Of a stretch of 64,000 nt of DNA, positions 56,022 through 64,000 are shown in pieces. The notes beneath the pieces were generated by a model. That model had not been told where the DNA came from and made no database searches. It saw nothing but the letters and a program-made list of their open reading frames with translations. This DNA is from Thermoleophilia bacterium. Lineage in GTDB: Bacteria > Actinomycetota > Thermoleophilia > BMS3ABIN01. A program made the translations under genes and the position numbers. The stretch is from contig JACUUL010000001.1 of assembly GCA_014859345.1 (NCBI GenBank), forward strand, positions 2,720-66,719, read 5' to 3'. Each line of letters begins with the position of its first letter. Position 1 is the stretch's first letter.

Positions 56022-57068
56022 CTACTGTTCTTCCATCTCCGGTCTGTACTCCCCGAGCAGGGCGGCTCCATTGAGGCGCGCCCGTTTCAGAAGCGCCTCC
56101 TGCGCCGGCCCCCGGTTGCCCGGCTGGCCCTTCCATGCCCGTAGCGCCGAGGCCTGCAGGGCCCGCCCGTAGGAGAAGCTCAGATGCCAGGGAGCGACGC
56201 TGCCGGCGGCATTTATCGCGTTGAGATTGGCCGTGGCCTGCTGCTCGCTTAGTCCCCCCGAAAGGAAGACCACACCGGGCAGCTCATCCGGCAGCACCTC
56301 GCTCAGGCAATCGATCGTCATCCGGGCCACTTCGGCCTCATCGGCCTGGACGGCCGCGTCCGCGCCGCTTACGACCATGTTCGTCTTCAGCAGAATCTGG
56401 GGAAAAGGCACCCGGTACAGCGCCAGCCGGTCAAAGACGGCGGCCAGGGTCCGCCGGGTCGCGTCGTAGCACTGCCGGATCGAATGTCCGCCATCCATCA
56501 GGACTTCAGGCTCGACGATGGGCACCAGGCCGTGCTCCACGCAAAGAGCAGCATAATAGGACTGCACGTGGGCGTTGGCTTCGATGCAGTAGTCCGTGGG
56601 CAGGCCGTCGCCGACGGAATACACGGTCCGGAACTTGGCAAACCGGGCGCCCAGCGACCGGTACTCCGGTAACCGCTCCGCCAGGCCGTCGAGGCCCTCG
56701 GTGATCTTCTCGCCCTTGGAGCCCGCAAGGTCCTTAAGGCCCTTGTCGACCTTGATTCCCGGAATGATGCCCCTGCGAGCCAGGACCCCGGCCAGCGGCG
56801 TGCCGTCGCCGGCCTGCTGACGGATCGTCTCATCAAACAGAATGACGCCGCCGATAAATTCCTCGATGCCCTCGGCGGTAAATAGGATCTCCCGGTAGGA
56901 CCGCCGGTTTTCCTCGGTTGATTCCACCCCGATCTGATCGAACCTCTTCTTGATGGTGCCCGAGCTTTCGTCGGCGGCCAGGATGCCCTTCCCGTCGCAG
57001 AGGGCGAGAGCTGTTTCTTCGAGGGCTGGAGCTGAAGCGACCGGATCGTTCTGCTCTGACATTTTCAC
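56022..57068 (-). CDS. fbaB: Fructose-bisphosphate aldolase, class I
   Basis: GILAADESSGTIKKRF and the overall class I FBA pattern. Confidence 0.85.
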   Translation of the reverse strand: MKMSEQNDPVASAPALEETALALCDGKGILAADESSGTIKKRFDQIGVESTEENRRSYREILFTAEGIEEFIGGVILFDETIRQQAGDGTPLAGVLARRGIIPGIKVDKGLKDLAGSKGEKITEGLDGLAERLPEYRSLGARFAKFRTVYSVGDGLPTDYCIEANAHVQSYYAALCVEHGLVPIVEPEVLMDGGHSIRQCYDATRRTLAAVFDRLALYRVPFPQILLKTNMVVSGADAAVQADEAEVARMTIDCLSEVLPDELPGVVFLSGGLSEQQATANLNAINAAGSVAPWHLSFSYGRALQASALRAWKGQPGNRGPAQEALLKRARLNGAALLGEYRPEMEEQ

Positions 57069-57142
57069 TCCTTCGGTTGACGGTTACATTCCTTTTTGCC
57101 TGCGATTGTTTAACGCCTGTGAGTTAGCCAGTAGATTTCGTC

Positions 57143-57167
57143 GAAAAAAGCCGGCTGCCGGCCGGCT
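57143..57167 (-). terminator. Rho-independent terminator downstream of tRNA-Thr
   Basis: Minus strand reads AGCCGGC-CGGCA-GCCGGCT followed by TTTTTT. Confidence 0.4.
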
Positions 57168-57269
57168 TCACCGACGTCCACTGTTTCACATCCTTAAACA
57201 ACTTCCCCGGGGGAAAGAATCTAAAACAGCGGTCAATCCAGGATTGAAAATAGCAAAGTTATGATCGGT

Positions 57270-57296
57270 CAATGAAATCTGGAGCCGGTGACCTGG
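57270..57296. repeat. Tandem duplication of the 13-nt tRNA-Thr 3' end (TGGAGCCGGTGAC x2, 1-nt spacer)
   Basis: 57270-57282 and 57284-57296 are identical. The second copy is the authentic 3' end (including CCA) of the tRNA. Confidence 0.6.
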
Positions 57297-57360
57297 AGCC
57301 GGTGACAGGATTCGAACCCGTGGCCTGCTGATTACAAATCAGCTGCTCTAGCCAACTGAG
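57284..57360 (-). tRNA. tRNA-Thr (anticodon UGU), CCA encoded
   Basis: Minus strand reads GCCGGTGTAGCTCAGTTGGCTAGAGCAGCTGATTTGTAATCAGCAGGCCACGGGTTCGAATCCTGTCACCGGCTCCA. It folds into a cloverleaf: acceptor GCCGGTG/CACCGGC, D arm GCTC..GAGC, anticodon loop TTTGTAA, T loop TTCGAAT. Confidence 0.85.
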
Positions 57361-57553
57361 CTACACCGGCTCGGGGCAGGCGCGCCTGGCTTTATTCCGT
57401 GCGCTGGAATAAATAAACCGCACGATGACGCTCAACGCCGAAGCAGGATTATTATACCCGAGGATCATTGGAGAACGAATCCGGGATCAAACACTCGATC
57501 CCTCAACAACGCGGATTCAGGTCATCGGCAAAATATGCGCCGGTGATATGGCG

Positions 57554-58243
57554 TTAAAGGATGACCTGGCGGCTTTGAAGGTGTAAATCCACCTTGCGCT
57601 TGATGCGCTGCAGAGCGTTGTCCACGCTCTTGGTGTCGCACTTGAGACGGGCCGCGATCGCCTCGTATGAGCGCCCTTCCAGGTAAAGCCCCAGGACACT
57701 GGTCTCGAGGTCGCTGAGCAGGCGGGCCAGGCAGTCCTTGAGGCTGTCGACCTCCTCGGAGCTGATGACCTGGTTCAGCGGATCGTGTACGGGAGACCCG
57801 GGCAGGATGTCGCCCAGCGAACATTCGCCCTCGTCATGCGAACCGGGGCTGTGGCTGAGAGACAGGTAACTGTTAAGGGGAGCATGTTTCTGGCGGGAAG
57901 CCGTCTTGATAGCGGTGATGATCTGCCTGGTGATGCAGAGTTCGGCGAAACTGCGGAAGGAAGCCTCACGGTCATCCCGGTAGTCGCGAATCGCCTTGTA
58001 GAGGCCTACCAGCCCCTCCTGGATCAAATCGTCGATGTCGCCGCCATACATGAAATAGGAGCTGGCCTTGAGCTTCACGAATCCCTGGTACTTGCAGATC
58101 AGTTGCTCATAGGCATCGATCCGGCCGGCGCGGACCTCCTCCAGAAGGGCCAGATCCTCATCCTGAGGAGTAGGTTTAGAGATTGAATCCTGGTTACCGG
58201 GTTCAGCGGAAGATCTCGTTTTTTTCCCACGTGAAGATCTCAA
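57554..58243 (-). CDS. sigH: RNA polymerase sigma factor, sigma-70 family (SigH-like)
   Basis: Region 2 block IDAYEQLICKYQGFVKLKASSYFMYGGDIDDLIQEGLVGLYKAIRDYRDDREASFRSFAELCITRQI. Lies downstream of yacP and cysS as in Bacillus/Clostridia. Start uncertain (TTG at 58243 suggested; the track ORF extends to 58408 and overlaps yacP). Confidence 0.6.
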   Translation of the reverse strand: MRSSRGKKTRSSAEPGNQDSISKPTPQDEDLALLEEVRAGRIDAYEQLICKYQGFVKLKASSYFMYGGDIDDLIQEGLVGLYKAIRDYRDDREASFRSFAELCITRQIITAIKTASRQKHAPLNSYLSLSHSPGSHDEGECSLGDILPGSPVHDPLNQVISSEEVDSLKDCLARLLSDLETSVLGLYLEGRSYEAIAARLKCDTKSVDNALQRIKRKVDLHLQSRQVIL

Positions 58244-58292
58244 GACTTCCCCCTCTCTCTGCCTTACGGCAAATAGTTCGGGATTTGCGCCC

Positions 58293-58802
58293 CTACCTAC
58301 CTCCTCTGCGCAGCCGCTCGAGCTTCTCCAAAGTCTCAACGTCAAGCTTATGCTCAAGCTTCCAACGGATTCTATCCTTTTTTGTGCTTTTTGCAACCCT
58401 TTTTTCAAGATTTTTTATTTCTGCTATGAAATGGCGGGGCGGTATGCGCTCAACCCGCGGCTGCATCGCTCCCTTCTGAACCTCCCAATCCGCGCTAACT
58501 ACCCGGATACGCTGACGCGTCCCGGCCAGATGCTGCTGCACCAGCCGGCCGATGATGACATCTGCGCTTTCGGCGGCTGAGGCGAACTTGAGCGTAACCG
58601 GAGTCCCTTGGATAGAGTGGCTCTTTGAAGCGCGGGCCTGAGCGGAATCAAAGACGATGATGGTTTTGACGCCCATGGAAGCCGCGTGGCTGATAACTCC
58701 CTCTACGAACCGCCGTCGCTTCTCCTCCAGCTCCCCGGCCCGGAGGCCGCCATCACCCTCCATGGCGTGCATCACGTTGTAGCCGTCAATGATGTAGATC
58801 AT
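58293..58802 (-). CDS. yacP: NYN-domain ribonuclease, YacP/Rae1-like
   Basis: MIYIIDGYNVMH N-terminal NYN/PIN-like motif, 169 aa. Conserved position between cysS and sigH. Confidence 0.55.
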   Translation of the reverse strand: MIYIIDGYNVMHAMEGDGGLRAGELEEKRRRFVEGVISHAASMGVKTIIVFDSAQARASKSHSIQGTPVTLKFASAAESADVIIGRLVQQHLAGTRQRIRVVSADWEVQKGAMQPRVERIPPRHFIAEIKNLEKRVAKSTKKDRIRWKLEHKLDVETLEKLERLRRGGR

Positions 58803-58886
58803 GAGTTCCGGTTTCGGTTCGGTTCCTCTTTGAATTTCCGTACAACTTCGTCCTGGAATCCGGAAACCCTGGGCAGGCAGGGGAGA

Positions 58887-60320
58887 TTATTTCCTCTTCA
58901 CCAGCCTCGGTCCCTGGGGAGTATCGCGGATCTCATAACCCGCTTCGCGGATCCTGTCCCGGGCCGCGTCGGCCTCGGCGTAATCGCGTTCGTCGCGGGC
59001 TTTTTCACGGGCTTCAACCAGCTCCAGCAGCTCCGCCTCCAGACCCGTTTCCACAAAATCAGCCATGGTCAGCTCTATCCCGATGATACGCAGAAAACGG
59101 GTCAGCAGGTCTCTGGCCTCGCCCAGGAGTTCCGCGTCGGCCTTGCCGGCCACCGAGGCCTCCTCAGTGTATTCATTGATAGCCTTGACCAACCCGAAAA
59201 GCGCCGCCAGGGCGCCGGCGGTGTTGGCGTCGTCCTGCATCTCCGCGTGAAATTCCTTGTCGGCCCGCACGATGGCGTCCTTCAGGTATTCGCCGCTGGG
59301 CGCCCCTTCCCCATCGGGAACGATCTCCGTCTCTTCGATGACGCTGTGCATCTTCCAGTAGCAGTTCCGCAGACGATCCAGCTGTGCCTGGGCTTCCTCG
59401 AGATTCGTGGTTGAGAACTCCAGAGGGTTGCGGTAGTGGGTGGCGGCGAAGAAGAGGATGAGCACCCGCGGATCGTAATGCTTGAGGAACTCTCTGAGCA
59501 GGAAGATGTTTCCCACTGACTTGCTCATCTTCTCTTCCTTGCGGGTGATCATACCGTTGTGCATCCAGTAGCGCACGAATTCGCCTCCCGTCACCGCCTC
59601 CGCCTGGGCCACCTCGTTCTCGTGGTGAGGGAAGATCAGGTCGCGGCCGCCGCCGTGGATATCGAAGCTCTCGCCCAGATACTTGAGGGACATGGCGGTG
59701 CATTCTATGTGCCAGCCCGGCCGTCCCGGACCCCAGGGGCTGTCCCAGACCGGCTCGCCCCGCTTGGCCGCCTTCCAGACGGCGAAATCCAGCGGATTTT
59801 CCTTGGCCTCGCCCTCGCGAGGCGGTTCCAGGTGCTTCATCTGATCTGTCTTTTGCCCGGAAAGCTTGCCATAGCCGGGGAACCTTTGCACCCGGTAGTA
59901 GACGCTGCCACCCGTTTCATAGGCCATGTCCAGTTCGATCAGCTTCTGGCACAGGGCGATTATCTCGCCGATGTGCTCCGTTGCCCGGGGCTCGATATCC
60001 GGCCGCCCCAGGCCCAGACGGCCGGTATCCTGAATGTACGCCTCAGAGTAGAACCTGGATACCTTTTCGGGAGCGCGGCCTTCCTCGCGGGCCCGGTCGA
60101 TGATCTTGTCGTCGACATCCGTGATGTTTTCGACCACGGTGACGTCGTAACCCTGGTCGCGCAAGTAGCGCGCCAGCACCTGGAAGAACACAAAGGGCCT
60201 CGCGTTGCCCACGTGGATGTAGCCATAGACGGTGGGGCCGCAAACGTAGATGCCGACTTTGCCGTCCTCGCCGGGCACAAGCTCTTCTTTTTGCCTGGTT
60301 AGAGAGTTGAAGATGATCAT
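58887..60320 (-). CDS. cysS: Cysteine--tRNA ligase
   Basis: [18 protein letters not shown] (HIGH-type motif) and KMSKSVGN. Confidence 0.9.
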   Translation of the reverse strand: MIIFNSLTRQKEELVPGEDGKVGIYVCGPTVYGYIHVGNARPFVFFQVLARYLRDQGYDVTVVENITDVDDKIIDRAREEGRAPEKVSRFYSEAYIQDTGRLGLGRPDIEPRATEHIGEIIALCQKLIELDMAYETGGSVYYRVQRFPGYGKLSGQKTDQMKHLEPPREGEAKENPLDFAVWKAAKRGEPVWDSPWGPGRPGWHIECTAMSLKYLGESFDIHGGGRDLIFPHHENEVAQAEAVTGGEFVRYWMHNGMITRKEEKMSKSVGNIFLLREFLKHYDPRVLILFFAATHYRNPLEFSTTNLEEAQAQLDRLRNCYWKMHSVIEETEIVPDGEGAPSGEYLKDAIVRADKEFHAEMQDDANTAGALAALFGLVKAINEYTEEASVAGKADAELLGEARDLLTRFLRIIGIELTMADFVETGLEAELLELVEAREKARDERDYAEADAARDRIREAGYEIRDTPQGPRLVKRK

Positions 60321-60341
60321 GGCAAGATAATAAACAAAATC

Positions 60342-61874
60342 CTAGGCGGCGGCGAACCGGCGGGCGGCTTCCAGGCGTTCGCGTACCGTTTCACGTCCCA
60401 GCCCGGGCAACAGGTATACCAGTTCCGGCCCGGATGTTTTGCCCGTAAGCGCGATGCGCAGCGTGCGAAACAGGCGCTTGGGCGGGATATTCTCTTCCCG
60501 GCACGCGGATTTGAGCGCGCCAAGCAGGTTTTTGGCCTCGTCCAGCTCCCTGTCGACCGCGGCCGGGTCAAGCCCCGCGGCCGGCTTGATGGCATCGATT
60601 TGCTCCAGAGCCAGTTCCAGGACGCGCCCTGCCTCGCTGTTCCGGATCTCGGCCGCCTCACCTGCCGGATCAAGGGGCTCGGCGTGGAAAAAGCTTTCGA
60701 CCAGAGAACCGGCGTCTTCCAGGGTGACCAGCGCGGTCTGAATGGCCGCCTCGGCTACCGCCAGCTGGCCGGCGCTTTTGCGGGCCGCGGCGTCCCCCAG
60801 AAACGATTGGATGGCCTCGTGGAAGTCCTTTCGGCTCATATCACGGATGTGAAGACCGTTCAACCAGTTGAGTTTGGCGATATCAAAGATGGCGGGACTC
60901 CTGGCCACCCGCATCAACTCGAACTGCCGCTCCATCTCCTCAAGTGGAAGTTTCTCCTCACCGCCCTCCGGCGACCACGAAAGCAGGGCCAGGTAATTGA
61001 CGATGGCGCCCGGCAGATAGCCCATGCTCCGGAATTCACCAACCGAGGTGGCTCCGTGGCGCTTGGAGAGCTTGCCGCCATCGGGCCCCATGATCAGGGA
61101 ATGGTGAGCGAATGCGGGAGGCTCATTCCCCAGCGCTTCGAAAACCAGAATCTGGCGCGCCGTGTTGGTGAGGTGGTCTTCTCCCCGGATCACGTGGGTG
61201 ATCTCCATGCCGATGTCGTCCACCACGACCGCGAAGTTGTACGAGGCGCCGCCGCCGGAGCGCAGAATGATGAAATCGCCAAGCATGTCCGATTCGAAAC
61301 CGGTGGGTCCATGAATGATGTCGGCCACGGTGATCTTCCGTCCCGCGGGGACTTTGAAACGGATGGCGGCCGGCTCGCCTGCCGCCATCCGGCTGCCAAT
61401 CTCATCTTCAGAAAGCAGGGCGCACCTTCGGTCATACCGGGGCATCTCGCCGCGGTCAAGACAATCCTGCTTTAGTTCCTCCAGGCGCTCCTGTGGGCAA
61501 AAGCAATGATAGGCCTTATTCTCCTGGAGCAGGCGCTTTGCCGCGTCACGGTACACGCCGGCGGCGGAGCGCTCACTCTGGCGGTACGGTCCCGCTCCGC
61601 CTCCCCGCTCCGGTCCCTCGTCCCACCCCAGGCCCAGCCATAAAAGATCGTCCATGATGGACTGCTCGAATTCACGGGAGGAGCGCGCCACGTCCGTGTC
61701 CTCCACCCTGAGGATAAAGACCCCGCCCGTATGGCGGGCGAACAGGTAGTTGTAGAGGGCCGTGCGGGCGGAGCCCACATGCAGGGCGCCGGTGGGACTG
61801 GGCGCGAAGCGGACCCGCGCGGGGCCGGGGACGTGATTGCCGGGAGTCATAACTTCCAGCTCACTCTGGGACAC
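60342..61874 (-). CDS. gltX: Glutamate--tRNA ligase
   Basis: VRFAPSPTGALHVGSARTALYNY and KLSKRHG. Confidence 0.9.
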   Translation of the reverse strand: MSQSELEVMTPGNHVPGPARVRFAPSPTGALHVGSARTALYNYLFARHTGGVFILRVEDTDVARSSREFEQSIMDDLLWLGLGWDEGPERGGGAGPYRQSERSAAGVYRDAAKRLLQENKAYHCFCPQERLEELKQDCLDRGEMPRYDRRCALLSEDEIGSRMAAGEPAAIRFKVPAGRKITVADIIHGPTGFESDMLGDFIILRSGGGASYNFAVVVDDIGMEITHVIRGEDHLTNTARQILVFEALGNEPPAFAHHSLIMGPDGGKLSKRHGATSVGEFRSMGYLPGAIVNYLALLSWSPEGGEEKLPLEEMERQFELMRVARSPAIFDIAKLNWLNGLHIRDMSRKDFHEAIQSFLGDAAARKSAGQLAVAEAAIQTALVTLEDAGSLVESFFHAEPLDPAGEAAEIRNSEAGRVLELALEQIDAIKPAAGLDPAAVDRELDEAKNLLGALKSACREENIPPKRLFRTLRIALTGKTSGPELVYLLPGLGRETVRERLEAARRFAAA

Positions 61875-61895
61875 ATTGGCATGGCGCCGCAGGCT

Positions 61896-62243
61896 TTACT
61901 CGGTCACGTCCGAAAAATGAACGACCGTGACTGTGTCCTGCAGTGTGACCGGCCGGTTATAGACCTGGCTCAAGAGATGCACTACCTCGTCCACCCGGCG
62001 GAATTCAGGGTTCTCGCGTTCCACGTCGCGGGGACTAAGGTCGTCGATCGGCTTGACCTCGACGCTGTCAATGATGGCGGTAAACAGCTTCTGCCGGGGT
62101 CCGTACTTGCGGCCGATCGTGATCCATACCAGTTGGCCTTTCTTGTACTTGTGACTTTTATCGCCGAGGCGAACGGTCGCCGTCTTGCGCCGGTGCTTGA
62201 GCTGATCGTCATAGAAATGCGAATAAAAATTGATGGCGTACAT
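61896..62243 (-). CDS. Small ASCH/PUA-like domain protein (tentative)
   Basis: 115 aa, beta-rich pattern with a basic patch. Weak family assignment. Confidence 0.3.
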   Translation of the reverse strand: MYAINFYSHFYDDQLKHRRKTATVRLGDKSHKYKKGQLVWITIGRKYGPRQKLFTAIIDSVEVKPIDDLSPRDVERENPEFRRVDEVVHLLSQVYNRPVTLQDTVTVVHFSDVTE

Positions 62244-62281
62244 TTGCGTTACTCCTTTTTTAAGCCTTCAGGCCGTCCCCG

Positions 62282-62848
62282 CTATATTTCCCCGCATTCT
62301 AGCAAACATGTCGCGACGGCCGCGATTCCCTCGCCCCGGCCGGAAAAACCCATGCGCTCGGTAGTGGTGCCGCGCACGCCGATATCGGCGGCGCTGATTC
62401 CCAGCGCTCCCGACAGGGACTGGCGAATACGGGCCCGCTGAGGCGCGATCCTGGGTTCTTCGGCTATCACCACCGCATCGATATTGCCGATCCGGAAACC
62501 GCGCTGATGCAGCATCGTCCGGATCTGCCTCAGCATCTCGAGGCTGGCCGCGTCCTTATACTTCGGGTCGCTGTCAGGAAAATAATGACCGATATCCTCA
62601 AGCCCCGCGGCGCCGAGCAGGGCGTCGGCGACGGCATGGCTGAGAACATCGGCATCGGAATGGCCTTCGAGGCCCTGGGGATGGTCAAATTCAACTCCGC
62701 CGAGCACCAGGCGCCGCCCGGCCGCGGCCTGCGCGAAACGGTGGGCGTCAATGCCTATGCCGGTGCGAATTCTCACTGTCGGGTCCCGGTTTTTTGGCCA
62801 TTCATTTTCATCTGCGTTATCATCTGCGTTATCATCCGCATATCTCAT
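62282..62848 (-). CDS. ispF: 2-C-methyl-D-erythritol 2,4-cyclodiphosphate synthase
   Basis: IGIDAHRF...HSDADVLSHAVADALLGAAGLEDIGHYFPDSDPKYKDA...TTTERMGFSGRGEGIA. Start is ATG 62848 (ATGA overlap with ispD, giving a DDNADDNADEN extension) or GTG 62777. Confidence 0.85.
   Translation of the reverse strand: MRYADDNADDNADENEWPKNRDPTVRIRTGIGIDAHRFAQAAAGRRLVLGGVEFDHPQGLEGHSDADVLSHAVADALLGAAGLEDIGHYFPDSDPKYKDAASLEMLRQIRTMLHQRGFRIGNIDAVVIAEEPRIAPQRARIRQSLSGALGISAADIGVRGTTTERMGFSGRGEGIAAVATCLLECGEI
62809..62844. repeat. 12-nt tandem repeat CATCTGCGTTAT x2 plus a degenerate third copy
   Basis: 62809-62820 and 62821-62832 are identical. 62833-62844 matches at 9/12. Lies at the ispD/ispF junction. Confidence 0.5.
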
Positions 62849-63609
62849 TCTCCGCGTCGTATAAGGATTTCTTCCGCCATCAGGACGTCGAGAGGCTCGG
62901 TCAACTTGATGTTTTCCCTGCTTCCCGGCACCATCACCACCCGCCCGCCAATCCGCTCAACGAGATATGAGTCATCCGTGGCTTTCTCCAATATTTCCGG
63001 CGGAAGCGCAAAAGCCTGCTCCAGGATTGCCCGCCGGAATATCTGAGGAGTCTGCGCCGCCCACAGCCGCCCCCGCTCCGGAGTGCCGGATATCCAAAGC
63101 GATTCCGGTTCTGTCTCTTTTATGGTATCAATCACGGGCAGGCCGAATACGGCGCCGTCGACTCCTTCTTCATTAACACGCGCCAGCCCTTCCCTAAGGA
63201 GCTCCCCGGGAAACAACGGCCGGGCGCCATCATGAACGGCCACGGCATCGATCTCCGGAGAGAGTTCCCGGAAAGCGTTGATCACAGAGGCGGCCCGGTG
63301 CTCGCCTCCCGCGACCACAGCCTTGACTTTGGCGAAACCGCGATCCGAGATCAGACGGCGGCCCGCAGAGGCATTCTTCGTGTCGATGGCGACCACGATC
63401 TCGGATACCTGCGAAAGTGGCTCGAATATCCCGATTGTACGGGCCAGGACCGGCTCTCCAGCCAGCTTCAGCAGCTGCTTGGATGCGCCGGCCCGCATGC
63501 GGCTGCCGGCGCCGCCGGCCGCTATGATGATTCCCAGATTCAATTTCGCTCTAATTCGTATTTCATGCGGACGATTTGCATTGTACCCCCGGGCTTCCTC
63601 GAATTTCAT
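62845..63609 (-). CDS. ispD: 2-C-methyl-D-erythritol 4-phosphate cytidylyltransferase
   Basis: IIIAAGGAGSRMRAGASKQLLKLAGEPVL. Confidence 0.8.
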   Translation of the reverse strand: MKFEEARGYNANRPHEIRIRAKLNLGIIIAAGGAGSRMRAGASKQLLKLAGEPVLARTIGIFEPLSQVSEIVVAIDTKNASAGRRLISDRGFAKVKAVVAGGEHRAASVINAFRELSPEIDAVAVHDGARPLFPGELLREGLARVNEEGVDGAVFGLPVIDTIKETEPESLWISGTPERGRLWAAQTPQIFRRAILEQAFALPPEILEKATDDSYLVERIGGRVVMVPGSRENIKLTEPLDVLMAEEILIRRGE

Positions 63610-63785
63610 GTTTTCCCGCCGGGAGAAAGGTTTCCGCGAAGCGCGTCTCCCGCATCAAAAGCGAACGGCAAATGTTCCTTCCCGGCCCCGGGGTTTCTCC
63701 CGCCGAATTTGCCGCAAAGAAAGACCGCCGGCAAAACCAGCGGTCGTCGAAAATTGAAACCATAATTAACCGGGTCTATATGAAC

Positions 63786-64000
63786 TTACTGGATATCATT
63801 GATTTTTGTAACGGAGATGGCAGGCCGCATTTCCTTGAGGACGCCGTCGAGAAACCTGTCTGCCTCTCTCTCATCCAGGCCCCGTGCGTACATGAGCTCG
63901 CTGGCCAGGATCTTCTTGGCGCGGTTGAACATCTGCTTCTCTCCGGTGGAAAGGCCCTTTTCCTGTTCCCTCAGGGAAAGATTCCTGACCACCTCCGCCA
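63786..64000 (-). CDS. 3' end of a gene continuing beyond the window end (unknown; the yacL-like position in Firmicutes synteny)
   Basis: Open reading frame reaches the window edge. C-terminal 68 aa show no diagnostic motif. Confidence 0.25.
   Translation of the reverse strand, partial: AEVVRNLSLREQEKGLSTGEKQMFNRAKKILASELMYARGLDEREADRFLDGVLKEMRPAISVTKINDIQ

Noticed and set aside
1-64000. CRISPR arrays, IS elements, integrases, toxin-antitoxin or defence systems
   Set aside because: No regularly spaced direct repeats, no transposase- or integrase-like ORFs, and no defence-system signatures were seen on either strand. The only mobile-element hint is the tRNA 3' end duplication.

Overview
High-GC (about 60-65%) bacterial chromosomal segment. 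Gene order at both ends is Firmicutes/Clostridia-like (scpA/trpS at the start; ispD-ispF-gltX-cysS-yacP-sigH-tRNA at the end). Most of the window is one 31-kb run of minus-strand genes (18837-49549). It holds a near-complete anaerobic (cbi-type) cobalamin biosynthesis cluster with an embedded CbiMNQO cobalt ECF transporter. A cobalamin riboswitch plus attenuator sits in the leader of that cluster. Directly downstream lies a corrinoid-dependent methyl-transfer module: a corrinoid protein, two MtaA/UroD-family methyltransferases, an MtrH-like methyltransferase and a RACE-type reductive activase, with AhpD-, DsrE- and OsmC-like thiol-redox proteins. No MtaB/MttB/MtmB-type substrate methyltransferase is present. 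The RACE gene starts a tightly coupled six-gene operon (4-8 nt overlaps) that ends with an HdrED/DsrMK-like pair, a threonine-synthase-like candidate cysteate synthase and a fused ComDE-like sulfopyruvate decarboxylase. This linkage is the most unusual thing in the window. Other content: class II (B12-dependent) ribonucleotide reductase NrdJ, two Rrf2 regulators, a UbiA-type decaprenyl-phosphate phosphoribosyltransferase homolog with two tandem GT-C membrane glycosyltransferases, and a lower-GC island (about 4.5-8.1 kb) carrying one GT-C copy and a B12-binding radical SAM enzyme. Further content: a DUF1573/polyferredoxin/PCYCGC trio, a PAS/multi-GAF sensor interrupted by an in-frame TGA, an Nramp-related transporter lacking the DPGN motif, a NarL-type two-component system, GapA, class I FBA, and a tRNA-Thr(UGU) whose 3' 13 nt are tandemly duplicated. 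Many long antisense ORFs in the track are high-GC shadow ORFs.
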